DNA from: Sminthopsis crassicaudata
Lineage: Eukaryota
Direction of reading: 5' to 3'
Length of the DNA: 64,000 nucleotides
Assembly: GCF_048593235.1 (NCBI RefSeq)
Contig: NC_133622.1
Span: forward strand, 216,101,198-216,165,197
Shown: in pieces, positions 37,961 to 50,800 of the stretch
Layout of the letters: every line of letters starts with the position of its first letter
Position numbering within the stretch: the stretch's first letter is position 1
Program-made: the position numbers and the translations under genes
Notes under the pieces: generated by a model
What the model saw: the letters and a program-made list of their open reading frames with translations, nothing else
What the model was told of the DNA's origin: nothing
Databases searched by the model: none

Positions 37961-40872
37961 TTATTTTGTTGTCCCCAAACATTCTTGGAAGAAAAATAAC
38001 AGAAGCATCAATGAGAGGTGAGCCATTCTGTCTTGTCTCTTTTTAAAAATCAAGATCATCACACCTACTTAGATAGGAATCCCATCCCTTTTAAAATCAT
38101 CCTTCTCTCCCCCTTTCCCTCTCTCTATTCCTCCCTCTCCCTTTCTCCCACTTTCTGTTCCTCTCTCTGTCCCAATCTGTCTCTTCTCTGTCTCTCTCAT
38201 AAAGCAAAATATAAAACACTTTTAGTTATTTTCCCCTTTTCTGAACTTTAGTGATTTATTTACAGTATTCAAAGTTCTGAACTTTGTCAGGAAGACTTGA
38301 GTTCATCTCACAACACTTACCTCCTGGGATGACCCTGGACGTTCATTTCATTTCTGTATGCCTCAGTTATATCTGGTTATGACGAAGATCTTTGCTTAAT
38401 CCTTTTGAGAACTAAACCCACTATGAGGTAATCTCTCTCTCCCTCCTCATAGTGCCTTCCCCCAAATGGTGTCTTTCTCTTTACTTTGGCTAACTCTGGT
38501 TTATCTAAAACCCAACTCTCTCCCAACTCTATTTCACATTTACCATTCCTGGTTCCTATTGAAACATTTCATTTTCTCTGAACCTCTTCCCCTAAATAAA
38601 TTTACCTTTTCCCAAAGAGAATGGTCATTGTGTATTTGTCACATGTTTATTTATTTTGAACTAGGTATTGCCATCCCGACCCCATCATAAGGGTTTAGTG
38701 ACCTCTAAATTATCTTATAACTGTAAATATGTGACCCTTGTTGTGAGATGAGATAATTACAAATTAATAGCTACTACATTCTTTTGCTACCTATTCTTGG
38801 TTTGTTTGGTTTATTCCTCTGAGACAATTGGGGTATATATGTGACTTACTCAGAATAAGTGTCAAGTAGCTGAGGATTTGAACTCAGGTAGTTCTGACTC
38901 TAGGCCTTGTGATCTATCTACTACATCACCTAACTGCCACATCTATTCTTGGTTCCATCTTCTTAGATGAAGGCGGCAGCTTGGTAATTAGTGTTGGATT
39001 TGAAATAACAAAACTTAAGTTGAAATTCTGATTCAGATACTTCATTGACTTGAGACAAATCACCTTCTCCCAGTTTTCCTCATCTGTAAAATGGGGATAA
39101 TAATAAATGCATGATCAAAGGAGATAATATATTTAAAGTACTCTGCAAATCTTGAAGTACTCTATAAGTATGAAAATATTCCATGTTTTTTCTTTCTTGC
39201 CTGAGCCTTTTTTCAATAAGGAAGTGGTATTACATTGGGTTCTCTGTGTCTCCATTGTTTTCATTAGACAATTACATTTCATTTTCACGCTAATTGTTTC
39301 TTTGAATCTTTAGGCTACCATTCTCCCTGCTTTCCACCATTTATATCTTATTCTCTTTGAAATCTGCTTTCCCAATATGTAGGTCAGACTATTTCTGGCT
39401 TTCTCTTTTTTTCATATTAAAAATTTTTAAATAGAGTGGTTACTCTTAAGATTCCCAACCCACCAATGTTTCTATTATTTTCAATCCCATAATAATTTTC
39501 TCTTTATTGAGGGGTGGGGGGCGGTGTGCTGACATGGAAAGTGATAGAAAAGAATGTGGAGGGTGAAAAGAGAATCAAATCCAGGAATCAGATCATTGCT
39601 GGATCCTTCAATTTTTAAAGGATGACTTTGTCATCATTAAATTAAGAAATTGTTAACTAAAAGGAGAGATATAGCAGATTGCAAATAATTAGTCTTCTGG
39701 GTCAGCCTTCCAGCTGATTTGCATCGTAAGTCTATACTTCTACACTCACTCTATCTCTTAAACACTCACAGCCCAACACCAAACCCATCATTTTTTAAAA
39801 TAGCAAAATATTCTTCCCTCTAAGTGAAGAAAAAGGGAGCAAAAAAAGCTCCAACTCCAATTCCAAGATAGTTTCTTGATCTCTAGACCTACTTTATCCC
39901 TTGATAGCCTAGTTAATGATAGAAGAGCTCTTGGACCCTCTGACCTGGATTTCTCTGTGCCAGTGTTTAAGTTTTTTGGGATGAATTCTGGAGGCATTTC
40001 AATGAAAGGCTCAACCCTTTTTTTGGTGTCTGCAGCCTCGGGTCCCAAGGATCCTTGGGTCCCCAACTTCATCAGCTGAAACTGATTTTTCTAGTGTTCT
40101 ACCTTTTCCATTGCCTTTTCCTTTCACACTATAAATGTGGTCTGAATTATCTTCTTGCACACTCATATCCTCCAAAATTGTTCTTTTGTACAGACCAAAT
40201 GGAACTGTCTGAAAAAGAGAGCAGCAAGTGGGGCAAGTGAGCAGTATATATCTTTACTCAAAATGGAGGAGCATTTTCTGATGATTGATATTAGAGAGAA
40301 GCAATAGAACATTAGTCTTGGAGGAAACCCTGAGAAAGTCAAAGGTCAAATATCTGTATAAAATTAATTTTTATATTCCCTACTTGAATTCAGTTATTCA
40401 TCCATTTCTAATTCCTGGTAAAGACTGCACTGAGCTATAATAGCAGACATGGGCACTGAGGTGGGGAAAGAAGAGGGATCAATGTTGATGAAATGTCATT
40501 CAAGTTGGGGAAATGAGTAAAATATCACAAAGTTCTTGGTTATTTTTCTTCCCTCACCTCTTTAATTCTGTGTAAAATTTAAATCTCCCTATATTCTTTA
40601 GATCCACGTTCTCCTGGATATATCTCAGTAGCCTGTAAAGTTTCCATCTGATACAATTTCTTTGTCTTTGAGAATGTTAATGTAGCTGCTAAGCAATAAT
40701 ACTTTATGTTATCATTCCTTGGCAACTGGTGGCTGTTTAGTTATTAATATCTTTGTATCTGTTCTGGCCAAGGCTGTTGAATTATCTTCCTTGTTATTTC
40801 TATAATTAAACTCAGCTCATATATAACGGTGTACCTGATTATTACTAACCAGGTTAGAAAATAACTGATCCA

Positions 40873-41016
40873 GGGGCAGCTAGGTGGAGCAGTGGGATAG
40901 AGCACCAGCCTTGAATTCAGGAGGACCTGAGTTCAAATCTGGTCTCAGACACTTAACACTTCCTAGCTATGTGACCCTGGGCAAGTCACTTAACCCCAGC
41001 TCAGGGGGAAAAAAAA
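40873..41016 (+). mobile_element. WSINE1-like CORE-SINE, full length and comparatively young
   Basis: ggggcagctaggtggagcagtgg...ggacctgagttcaaatctggtctcagacacttaacacttcctagc...A tail. Imperfect TSD gaaaataactgatcc / gaaaagaactgaccc. Confidence 0.92.
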
Positions 41017-41481
41017 GATAGAAAGAAAAGAACTGACCCTTTCGGTATCAAAAAGTTTATTATTTCATTCTTAAATGAGCACACCCATGCATAAGGACAC
41101 TTTTTTAAAAAACAAATTCCCTCCGCTTTTGCTAACTCTCCTTGATCTCTTTCCCTTTCTCTGCCTTTCCAAAATCCAGATTCTCTTTCCTCTCTTATAT
41201 TCTTTTCCTCCTGTCTCTCAGCTCCCTTCTTCCCTATTAAAATATTTAAACTAGGAGGGAGGTTTCTGAAGTCATATAATTCTATTCCCTGTTTTATAAT
41301 TTTCCTCATTTATATGGGAATATAATAATGGGAATTATTTAAATAATAACGACACAATAATGGGAAATGATACTTGTGTATATTACCTCCTCATTGAGAT
41401 TTACAAGCTTTCCATGAACAAAGAAGGTGGGAAGGGGTCTTTATCCTTTATAATAAATAATAGTAGTTGGTGATGGTGATG

Positions 41482-41512
<31 letters not shown>

Positions 41513-42599
41513 CAGAAGTAATAGTATTTATATAGTATTTTAGGATTTGCAAGGCTTTTTATTTATCGCATATTGATTATCACAACCACCCTATAAAGTG
41601 TTTATTACATGCTTTTTTTTCCAGATGAAGAAACTAAAGCTAAGAAAATGAGCTGACTTGCCCAGTATAACACAACTGTGTTGAACTGATATGATTGATA
41701 AATTTGAAGTCAGATCTTCCTGACTCCAAAGTGATAAATTTATCACATTGTTTTAAAATCAAATCTGTATTGCAATTAGTAACCTGAAATTAATCCACAT
41801 CAACCCCTTTTAGCTCAACTCTAATCCAGCCTCTTTGTACTTAACTCTTCCAATGGAAGCTCTTATTATATGGGCAGTTTGCATTTCTTAAACCTGCAGA
41901 TCCAGAGCCAAAAAAAGATGACATGGTTGGGAAGGCCAGAAGGGAAGAAAGGACCCCCTCCCTTTGGATCAAGTTCTCTCAGGTATTTGTCTGATTTGTC
42001 TGATCCAATTTGTCAGAACCGATTGTCAGATGTCTTGATCTGATTTGTCAGAACCACGTGTTCAAAAAAACTTAGCCTTCCTAACTTGCATTGGCCTTGA
42101 GCCCAAAACCAGATCACTCCATCCACTTGTGCTGACCCCCTGAGCTCCTGAACCAGCTTGATTTGTTGGAAACCACACTGGATTGAATAGGAGAAAAAGG
42201 GTCAAAATTTAGCTTAACTACATGACTGACCTTGGGCAAATCAACTCACTTGATTTAAACATTCTGGACTTAATTTCCTCATCTGTATCTAAAACAGGCA
42301 TCAGATGGGCCAATGAAAAACCCATTTTTCTGTAGAATTCTCATGTAGAATGGAAGTGTTGCACTAGAACTCAAAGTACTCTTCTAATTATAAATTACAT
42401 AATATTTTATTTTCTAGACCAGCTGGTTATTTATATAGTGTTTTAAGTTTTGAAAATGTTTTTCAAATATTAAGCTTTTTAAAAAATCTTTGTTTCTAGG
42501 CTATTCATTTCTTGACCCAAGTAAGTTCCTTAAGCCAGTCTTGATCTCTGTTGACTAAGTCTCTTACTCATAGCAATCCTTATACTTTGGTGTTCTAGT

Positions 42600-42900
42600 G
42601 TCGTTGGTGGCCCTTTGTTCTCAAAGAAGATGGAGGACATCAAGAAGTTGATGTCTTGACTTGCAAGTGAATTGGACTTAAGTGAGTCAGAACTATACAA
42701 AGTCATCAGCTTCACTTTCTCTTCTGGGGACATCTAAGTCCTGTATCAAGACTTAGGTGAGGAAGACTAGAGATGTCAGTAAGAAACCATGGTCTTTTTA
42801 TGGTAAGATTTTTTCCTGGGTCTCAGTTTGTCTGAGAAAACACCCATTCAGTGATTAAAAGTTAGGTAAGAATTAAGGCAAAATATGATCTTTTTTGCCT
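42600..42900 (-). mobile_element. Mar1-like SINE (RTE-derived tail)
   Basis: ttgttctcaaagaagat...gatgtcttgacttgcaagtgaattggacttaagtgag...aaagtcatcagc. Confidence 0.7.
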
Positions 42901-43206
42901 TCCAAAGTAGAGAGAGGGCTTGACCTACAGTCAGGAAGACATGTCTGACTGTATAATTCTGGAGTGTGCCTTATATATGTTCTGCACAATCTATTCTTTA
43001 TTTATACCATCTAATTTGCCTAAAATGTCTCCTCATGACTTACCTATAGCCTCTGCAATTCTACCCATTTTTTAAGACCCTGCTAAAATGCCATCTTATC
43101 CAGAAAACCTTCTGTGGTACTTTTTTTAGGTACTGTCCTTTCTTCACCATTAAATTTTTCTGAATACTTGGAGAGTATTTTTCTTTTGCATTTACCATGT
43201 ATAATT

Positions 43207-43342
43207 NNNNNNNNNNNNNNNNNNNNNNNNNNNNNNNNNNNNNNNNNNNNNNNNNNNNNNNNNNNNNNNNNNNNNNNNNNNNNNNNNNNNNNNNNNNNNN
43301 NNNNNNNNNNNNNNNNNNNNNNNNNNNNNNNNNNNNNNNNNN
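43207..43342. other. Assembly gap (136 N)
   Basis: Run of N. Confidence 1.
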
Positions 43343-43705
43343 AAGATTCTGATGTTCAAGGATATAGGGACAGTTTTTTGTTTCATCCCTGTATGTTCTC
43401 ATTACTAGCACCTTGGTTCTTACTGAATGTTGATGGAATTCAAAAATATTCCTTTCTATGTGCAAATATCTTTATTTTTTTTTGATCATACCCAAGCACT
43501 ATTTGAAATTAGTAGTAAGGGCAGACGGTAGCAATGTTAGCATACATAGCTTTGGAGGGCAGTTAACAGGAGGACCGGCGGACCTTTTTGCACATCTCAT
43601 TACCCATAGTATTATAAAACTCATACAAATGACCTTAATTCACTTAATCTTCAGAAACTAGTATTTCACAGTGACTTGGTAGAATGTAAGACAGCATGGT
43701 GTTGA

Positions 43706-43860
43706 GAAGTAATGTCAAACTATAATATTGCCTGTTACATATTGGTTTAGGAAACCACAAACTAATATATCTATGCTCTATTGTATTTTTATTTATTTTT
43801 GTTAAACATTTCCCAAGTACATTTTAATCTGGTGCAGGCTACACTAGATTGACATCTCTG
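43706..43860. mobile_element. Possible degraded hAT MITE
   Basis: The ends aatgtcaaact and agattgacatctctg resemble hAT TIRs (cagaggtgtcaaact). The internal atttcccaagtacattttaatctgg resembles a common marsupial MITE. Confidence 0.4.
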
Positions 43861-44676
43861 TTATGGAGGAAAGGGTGCCTAATTTGGTGTCCTAGTTACT
43901 TCTCTGCTACTAACTAGTACATGATCTAAGTCATAACTTAACCAGTCTGAGCCTCATTTTCCTCACCTAGAAACTTAGATCATTGGATTGGATCATCTGT
44001 TATGTTGATATTAGAGGGAACATTCATTTTTTTTAATAGAAAACCACTATATGTTGTAGAAATGGAGCAAAGAGAGCTATTAACAATGATCACTGGCTCT
44101 GAGTGTTTTAGCCCTAGTTCATTATAAAATCAGTAGCAGCACCTAAAAGTTGCCTCTTTCCATACTCCACTCCTTCACAGACCCATAACAAAATTTCCCC
44201 CTCTCCATCTTTGATGATCAAGAAGGTATAAATATAAATACTATATTAAAGAGATGGATTCTAAGTCCTTTTATATAAATAATTGGATATAGCTTACTAT
44301 GGAGAAGTGATATCTTAGAAGTAGGCAAGATTCCAAACTTTAAAATATGGAAAGAACTCTTATAGCCTCATTGCCTTAGAGGTGGAAATGATGGCCTCTA
44401 CTGAGCTCCTCATTTTTCCTAATGGGGAAAGCAAGATTTGGGGAGGTTAATGACTTGCTTAAAGTCATTCTCAAATAGAGGGATAGATTTTATCCTATAA
44501 GGATAGTTTGCAATGAGCCTATCTAGTAATGGAATGAGCTGCTTTGTAGAAAAAGGAGTGCTCTCTTATTGGGAATTCTTCAAAACTGAGTCTTTTCGTC
44601 TGCTGAATGGAAATTTTGTTAGAGGATGCCTTTAAGTTTCTTCCATTTTGAGGATTATGCTGTACCTCAAACTAAC

Positions 44677-44682
44677 TTTAAT
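44677..44682 (-). promoter_or_regulatory. First candidate SLC5A12 polyadenylation hexamer (ATTAAA on the minus strand)
   Basis: Plus-strand tttaat. I saw no tttatt or tttaat between it and the stop at 45055. The real 3' end may be further downstream. Confidence 0.2.
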
Positions 44683-44724
44683 GGAGATGCTATCCATCAG
44701 GTATGGAAGAAAGTAGTTTCTTTC

Positions 44725-44855
44725 TTTTTTGCTGAGGCAATTGGGGTTAAGTGACTTGCCCAGCTAGGAAGTGTTAAGGGTCTAAATCCAGATTTGAACT
44801 CGAGATCTCCTGACTTCAGGGCTTGTGCTCTATTCACTGCATCACCTAGCTGCCC
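44725..44855 (-). mobile_element. WSINE1-like CORE-SINE with 15-bp TSD, 200 bp downstream of the SLC5A12 stop
   Basis: TSD aagaaagtagtttct (44707-44721) / aagaaggtagtttct (44856-44870). Confidence 0.92.
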
Positions 44856-45054
44856 AAGAAGGTAGTTTCTAAAGCATCCAGTGCTTAAGAAAGGAGTCTC
44901 CTATCTACATTATTTGCATTCATAAATAAACATCATATATACATATGTACACATATGTGAATATATATATGCATATATATATAGGCATCTTTGTGTCTGC
45001 ATTGTGGACGGCAAGAAAGAGACAAGCATTGGGACAAGAAGCAGACTTTAGTCC

Positions 45055-45204
45055 CTAAAAATGGGTGACTTTCTCAGCAGCCAGATTGGTGTAACTTTTC
45101 TCATCAGGATTATAGCCAGGAATATGGTCCTGGTTGTCTTTAAGTCCATTCTGCAGGGCAGATTCAGTAGCTTGTTTCCAGGAAGTGTCATTTTCAAGAT
45201 TGTC
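45055..45204 (-). CDS. SLC5A12: SMCT2 terminal coding exon with stop and C-terminal PDZ-binding motif
   Basis: Minus strand attttcctcag|GAC; 150 nt to TAG. Encodes DNLENDTSWKQATESALQNGLKDNQDHIPGYNPDEKSYTNLAAEKVTHF*. It ends in the class I PDZ ligand T-H-F, as recalled for human SMCT2. Confidence 0.94.
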   Translation of the reverse strand, partial: DNLENDTSWKQATESALQNGLKDNQDHIPGYNPDEKSYTNLAAEKVTHF

Positions 45205-45875
45205 CTGAGGAAAATTAAAGATAAAGGTTATGGGATTATGACTTCTCTCTCAAGTTGAAATTAGCTATTTTGGCAAATAGAAGACAGACCATAAGACCCC
45301 AGAAAGATGCTGCAATCTAAGTCACCAGTAGAGGTAGGAAAATTTCCCCTTGAAAACTTACTGACTTGATTACACAGAAGAACTAATTAATTCTTATTAT
45401 GAGCTATGGAATATACTTGAGATAGAAGGAAAGATTGGGGAAATTTGGGAGCAAATTTGAACTGAAATCAATCAATAAATGGCTGCACATTATTTCAGGG
45501 CAATATATAACTCTATGATTATATCCAATGGGACAGCTCTTGCTAGTACTGAAAATTTTTCTCCAAGATTAAAATCCCATTTCTATATTCTGGTCCTTCA
45601 CCCCCTTTTCTTCCAGTCTCAACTTCACTTTAACTATATTTGTTGAAAACCTTTGGATTAGTTCTTGATTTTCTACTTCTGAAACTCTCAGCTTTAGCTC
45701 CATACTTTCATTTGCAGAATCTAATGAACTAACACTTCACTCCAGGAAGAAACAGATGTTTGTATACTGGATTGACTTTTTCCCAGCTGCCCTTATGAAT
45801 TCTTCAGATTCTACCCACTGAAAAGACAGCTTCGAGGTAAGTGGTAGACTTTGGAGTAGTGAAAAACCAACTCAC

Positions 45876-46003
45876 AAGAATTGTCTCACTGTCATGTTGA
45901 ACTCCACACCAGCATAACGTCTTGTATTTCTTAGACCAAAAGCAAAACAAATTTCCAACTGGTCGAATCAATCGTGGCTCGATATTTTTGCCTTTCTCTG
46001 GAC
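45876..46003 (-). CDS. SLC5A12: SMCT2 coding exon (about exon 14)
   Basis: Minus strand attttacag|GT ... CTT|gtgagt; 128 nt, phase 1-0. Encodes (G)PEKGKNIEPRLIRPVGNLFCFWSKKYKTLCWCGVQHDSETIL. Confidence 0.95.
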
Positions 46004-46799
46004 CTGTAAAATATTTCCCAACAGTATTTATGAATTAGCATAAAGAACAGGAGATCTGTGTCTTATTTTCTACTCCACCACAAATGCAGTGAGTGACATT
46101 GGACAAGGTACATCTGGTTTCTTCTTCTGTAAAAGAAATACGTATGTCCAAAGGGTCTTTCTAATCCTAAAACTATGATCCTAAACACAGCAGGCTGGAG
46201 AGGATCTTTGGTACTGAGACTATCACTCAGAGAAACAAAACAACTGACTACTTGAGAAGTAAACCTTCCCTAATCTAACCCACAGGTTAGATGTTAACCT
46301 GGATAAATGTAAATCAGTTTGTTCTGATCATAAATAAAGTCAAGTAAACTCCTGACTTTAACTATTAGCCCAATTAAGGTAGCTTTGACCAACACTCTCA
46401 GAATGCAAAAAAAAAATAATAATAATAAAAAAAAAATAGGAGGGGATGCTGTGAAGCATCCCTTTCCTTTCAGACAAAAATTATTTCCATTTTCTGTATC
46501 CTGGTCTCTTTTGGTTCTGTAGTAAAACATGGTTTCGGGAGTGTTGTTTTTAAGTGTGTAAAAATATAAGGTTATATAGGCAATCAATTATATTGAAGTA
46601 GTTATCAAAACACTGAAAGAAATATGAAAAAGGAAGTACATGGATTTGAGGTTAGAAATCCCTGATTTAAGAGAACTTTATTTTTCTTAGCCCAATTTCT
46701 TATATCCTGAATGTTGTCATTACTTTAAGTGTCCAGGATCAGATATAGGCAGAATGGTGACTGTAGATTGTCTAGATCCTCCCCCTTATTCTGATCTCT

Positions 46800-46992
46800 T
46801 TTCTCTATGTCCTTATGCTTCCCATCTTCCTGTATGTCAGTCATCATGACTTACCTTGCCACTGGACAATAAAGCAAGTCTAATGACTTTGTGCAACTTT
46901 GTCTCACTTTAATTCACTAAAAAATCAGGATATCACCCTGTGATGTCATTGTTTTTTTTTTTGTTTGTTTGTTTTTTTTAAATGAAGGATAA
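46800..46992 (+). mobile_element. Mar1-like SINE 3' part
   Basis: ttgccactggac...gactttgtgcaactttgtctcactttaattcac...tgatgtcattg...aatgaaggataaataacaa. Confidence 0.6.
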
Positions 46993-47448
46993 ATAACAAT
47001 ATATTAGTCTACGTTTCTTTCCCACTCAGCAACACTGTCTCTTTCTTTAATATTTTCTGATCCTCATTCTACAGTAGTATCTCACTTCCCCTTCCTTTGG
47101 GAACAGGTGACTCACAGTAATTAATCCAAACACAGTTGCTAATGATTGATAAAACTATTCTTATATAGTGGGAAAAGCAGAGAATTTAACAGGAGTCAAA
47201 TACTAGCTTCTCTCTTTTATTTCCTGTGTAAAATTGGGCATATCACTCAGTTTCCTCAGGTATTAGATGAGAGATTGGATTATGTGGCTTCTAAATTCCC
47301 ATCCAACTCTAAATCTTATTATAAGAACTAACATTTATAAAGCATTTTAAGGTAGGCTTTCTTATTTGGTCTGTAATCCCTGAGGGAGTTTAATTTGACA
47401 GATAAGGAAACTGATCTAGTTAGGTGTCTTGCCTGCACTCTGCAAACC

Positions 47449-47581
47449 NNNNNNNNNNNNNNNNNNNNNNNNNNNNNNNNNNNNNNNNNNNNNNNNNNNN
47501 NNNNNNNNNNNNNNNNNNNNNNNNNNNNNNNNNNNNNNNNNNNNNNNNNNNNNNNNNNNNNNNNNNNNNNNNNNNNNNNNN
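47449..47581. other. Assembly gap (133 N)
   Basis: Run of N. Confidence 1.
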
Positions 47582-47791
47582 ACCACCAGGAAGAGATTTA
47601 GATATGGGATATCTCTAAGAGCGTAAGATAGGGTTTTCAGAGCCAATTAGGGAAAAGAATGCCTTAGAGGTCAAAGGAGCTGCTTGGTACCTTTTGGCTA
47701 CTACTAAATCCCTACTGTGCACAAGGTTAGCTCTGCTGGAATTAGCATTAATTGTGATTGGATCCCCAACCCTTGACTTAATGGTACCCAC

Positions 47792-47895
47792 CTGTTAGGA
47801 AGCTGATAAGGGTACCAGCAAGGATGCATCCCAAGCACCCCACAGCACTGTAATAAAGATAGGAGAGTGAGTACCAAGTCTCAGCCAGGACTGGT
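47792..47895 (-). CDS. SLC5A12: SMCT2 coding exon (about exon 13)
   Basis: Minus strand atttccacag|A ... ACAG|gtgggt; 104 nt, phase 2-1. Encodes (R)[34 protein letters not shown](G). Not present in the ORF track; read manually. Confidence 0.95.
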
Positions 47896-50800
47896 CTGTG
47901 GAAATATAAATAGAGAAGTGATCATTGGTACAGGCTATTGGAAGAGGAGTAGAAGTCACTTGGATAAGATGAAACTCTTAAGAACCCAGGCTAAATGGAG
48001 CTTGCTGCTGGCTCCCAGGGCATCTTATCAATTAGCAAAGGTAAGGTAGGGGCCTTTGATGACCTTTGATTAGGTGGTATGTTTGATACACTTGAAATAA
48101 ACAGATGATCTATTTTAGCATTTTTTACTAATAGCTCATCCATCTATTATGTGTTGCTCACAACAATCCCAAGAGTCTGAGTATATGTGGTCACTCTCCT
48201 CAAATCTTAAATAAGGAAACAAAAACCCAGAAATAATAATAATAATAACTAATAATAATAGCTACCATTTATATAGTTTTTTTTTTTTTTAAGTTTGCAA
48301 AGTATTTACATATCTATCTCATTTAATCATCACAACCATCCCTCCCTGGAGGTGAGTGCTATTATCTCCATTTTACAGTCTGGTTTGTTTTGACATCCTT
48401 TATATTCCTAGCATTTAACACATTTATCAAGCACCTACTATGTGTCAGATACTTCTATCTGACAAGTACATTAACCTTTTAGTGCCCCAGGCCACAAAAA
48501 ATTGTAAATTATAGCTACACACAATCTAGACTAAAATAAACAATAATGACATCAACTCCCATTTAAGTAGTGCTTTAAAGAATATGCCTTACAGTAGCTC
48601 TGGAATATTGTTAGCTTTTGAAAGTACTCCCATTTTATGATTGAAAAGACTGAGTCAGCAATACTTAATGACATAGTTAAAATGTCCTGACACTGGAACT
48701 GAGTTCTTTCCTGTTTATAATTCTAGGGATTAAAATGCTAATACCCTTTCTCTCCCAGATATTCTGAGGTGAAGAAGTAGTGGAAAGATCATAATCAGAT
48801 TTTCTTTATTTTTTTTTAATTTTATTTAGAATTTTTTTCCATAGTATATATGCATGAGTAATTTTTTTATAACATTATCCCTTGTATTCATTTTTCCAAA
48901 TTATCCCCCCTCCCTCTACTCCCTCCCCCCAATGACAGGTAATCCCATATATTTTACATGTGTTACAGTATAACCTAGATACAATATATGTGTGTAAATC
49001 CCATTTTCTTGTTGCACGTTAAGTATTAGATAATCAGATTTTCTTGATGTAAGACCATTTAAATCATGCCATGTATCCTCTCCCCAAGTTCTTTCCCCTT
49101 GAGAGGAAGCAGTTCTGCTGCTTTTAGGTCCCTACAGGACCTAGCCCAATGCCAGAAGCAGCAGTCGCTTAATAAGAACTTGCAAACAAAGCAATACTTT
49201 TCTATTCAAATTCTGTGAATTAAATTGAATTATGATAGTTCATAAATTCCCTGCCTACAATATAAGGTGTCAATAAAACTGAACCAAATTTTACTGTTTT
49301 AATTTCATATCTGGTAGAAGGATGTTTCCCAGAATTTAGGAAGTTTCCTTTGATTGTATCTGAGCTTCTTTTCTGCATAAATGGAATATTTCATGAAGAG
49401 TGAATTCACTAGGACTGGATCAGCTTCCTAGGACTTATAGGGAGTCATCAAGACCACAGGCAGCAGGCATTTTAGCTTCATGTTATATAGCAGGGAGAAA
49501 TGCACATTGACCAAAAAGCAAGCAATGAAAAATAGAGATCATGAATTGTGGTGCTTAGATCAACAAGATATTTAGCATGCACTCCTTAATGAGTACTCAG
49601 GGAAGGTGACTGATTTAGTTTATTTCCATCCAAAAATGAAAACATGACTAGTTTAATGATACTCATGCTGGACTCACTTTTCCACCGGAGAGCCAGTGAA
49701 TCCTGTATCCCTATTGTAAAGTTATCATTAGTGATGTTTGATTTGCCCATCTATAAAATATGCCAAAGCTAAAGATAAGTGCTGTAGCCCTTCCATGGAA
49801 TGTATAACCTTTGCTGTTTCAGATATCAGGGATTCATGAATAATTAAAAAGTGATCATTCTATTGTGTAGAATGCTTTTCTATAAATGGGGAAGGGAAAC
49901 TTTGCAGGGCAACGTCTCAATATTCATAAATTAGCTTCACATGTCATGGAAAGTTGTTTATCTGACTTATTTTCCTTTAAAGATCAACTGATTTTTTTTT
50001 TGGACAATTAGCCCTTTAATGAGCACCAGGCACTATAGTGTAGTGGAAAGAATGATAGATTTGTAGTCATAGGAACTGGGTTTGAATCCCCACTTGGGCA
50101 AGTCACATAATTTCTTGGGCCCTCAGTTTCTGTCTTTATAAAATAATAATTTTTTTACATGAAGTTGATGATAAAATATATGTTTATAATAGAAATTTGT
50201 TTGTTTTATGTATTTCAAAGTATTATTGTGATATGAAATCCAAGACAAAAATTGACAAAAAGCTATAAAATGAAAGGGTTGGATTAGATAGCCTTCCAAT
50301 TTATGATCTTACAAACATCTCTGACTTAGGTACTGAAAATACAAAGATGCAATGGAAGGAGTTCTTTCCTGCTCTTAAGGGGCTATGAGGATTATTCTGG
50401 AATTGCCAATTTGGGTACCTGGAAGGATGGTGGTAGCCTTGACTTATTCCTAGGGAATAAAACAAATAGATAATTAAATAAATACTAAAATATTTAGGAA
50501 AAAAAAGTAATTCTTAAAGAAACAGACCCTAATTTGAAGCATGAAATAAGCCAGGAGGGAGTGCATTGTAGTTAGTAAAGACCATTTTTACCAAGGTATA
50601 AAATAGAATATTGAGGTTGGGAGAGAGCTAAAAAACAAAAAAGAGCTAGTAATGCCCTCTCTCGTGCTGTGTTCCTAAGAAAGAAACTGAGCTTAAGTTA
50701 GGATAAGTCTGAATCTTTTTTTAAAGGAAGAGAAATATCTTTACATGTAATTGGGAAAGAAATAAAATACTATTAAGTGAAAACAAAGGAGGAGACAGAC

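Noticed and set aside
39788-40072. 94-aa minus-strand ORF as an extra gene or SLC5A12 exon
   Set aside because: No recognisable homology, a weak acceptor, and it lies beyond the SLC5A12 stop.
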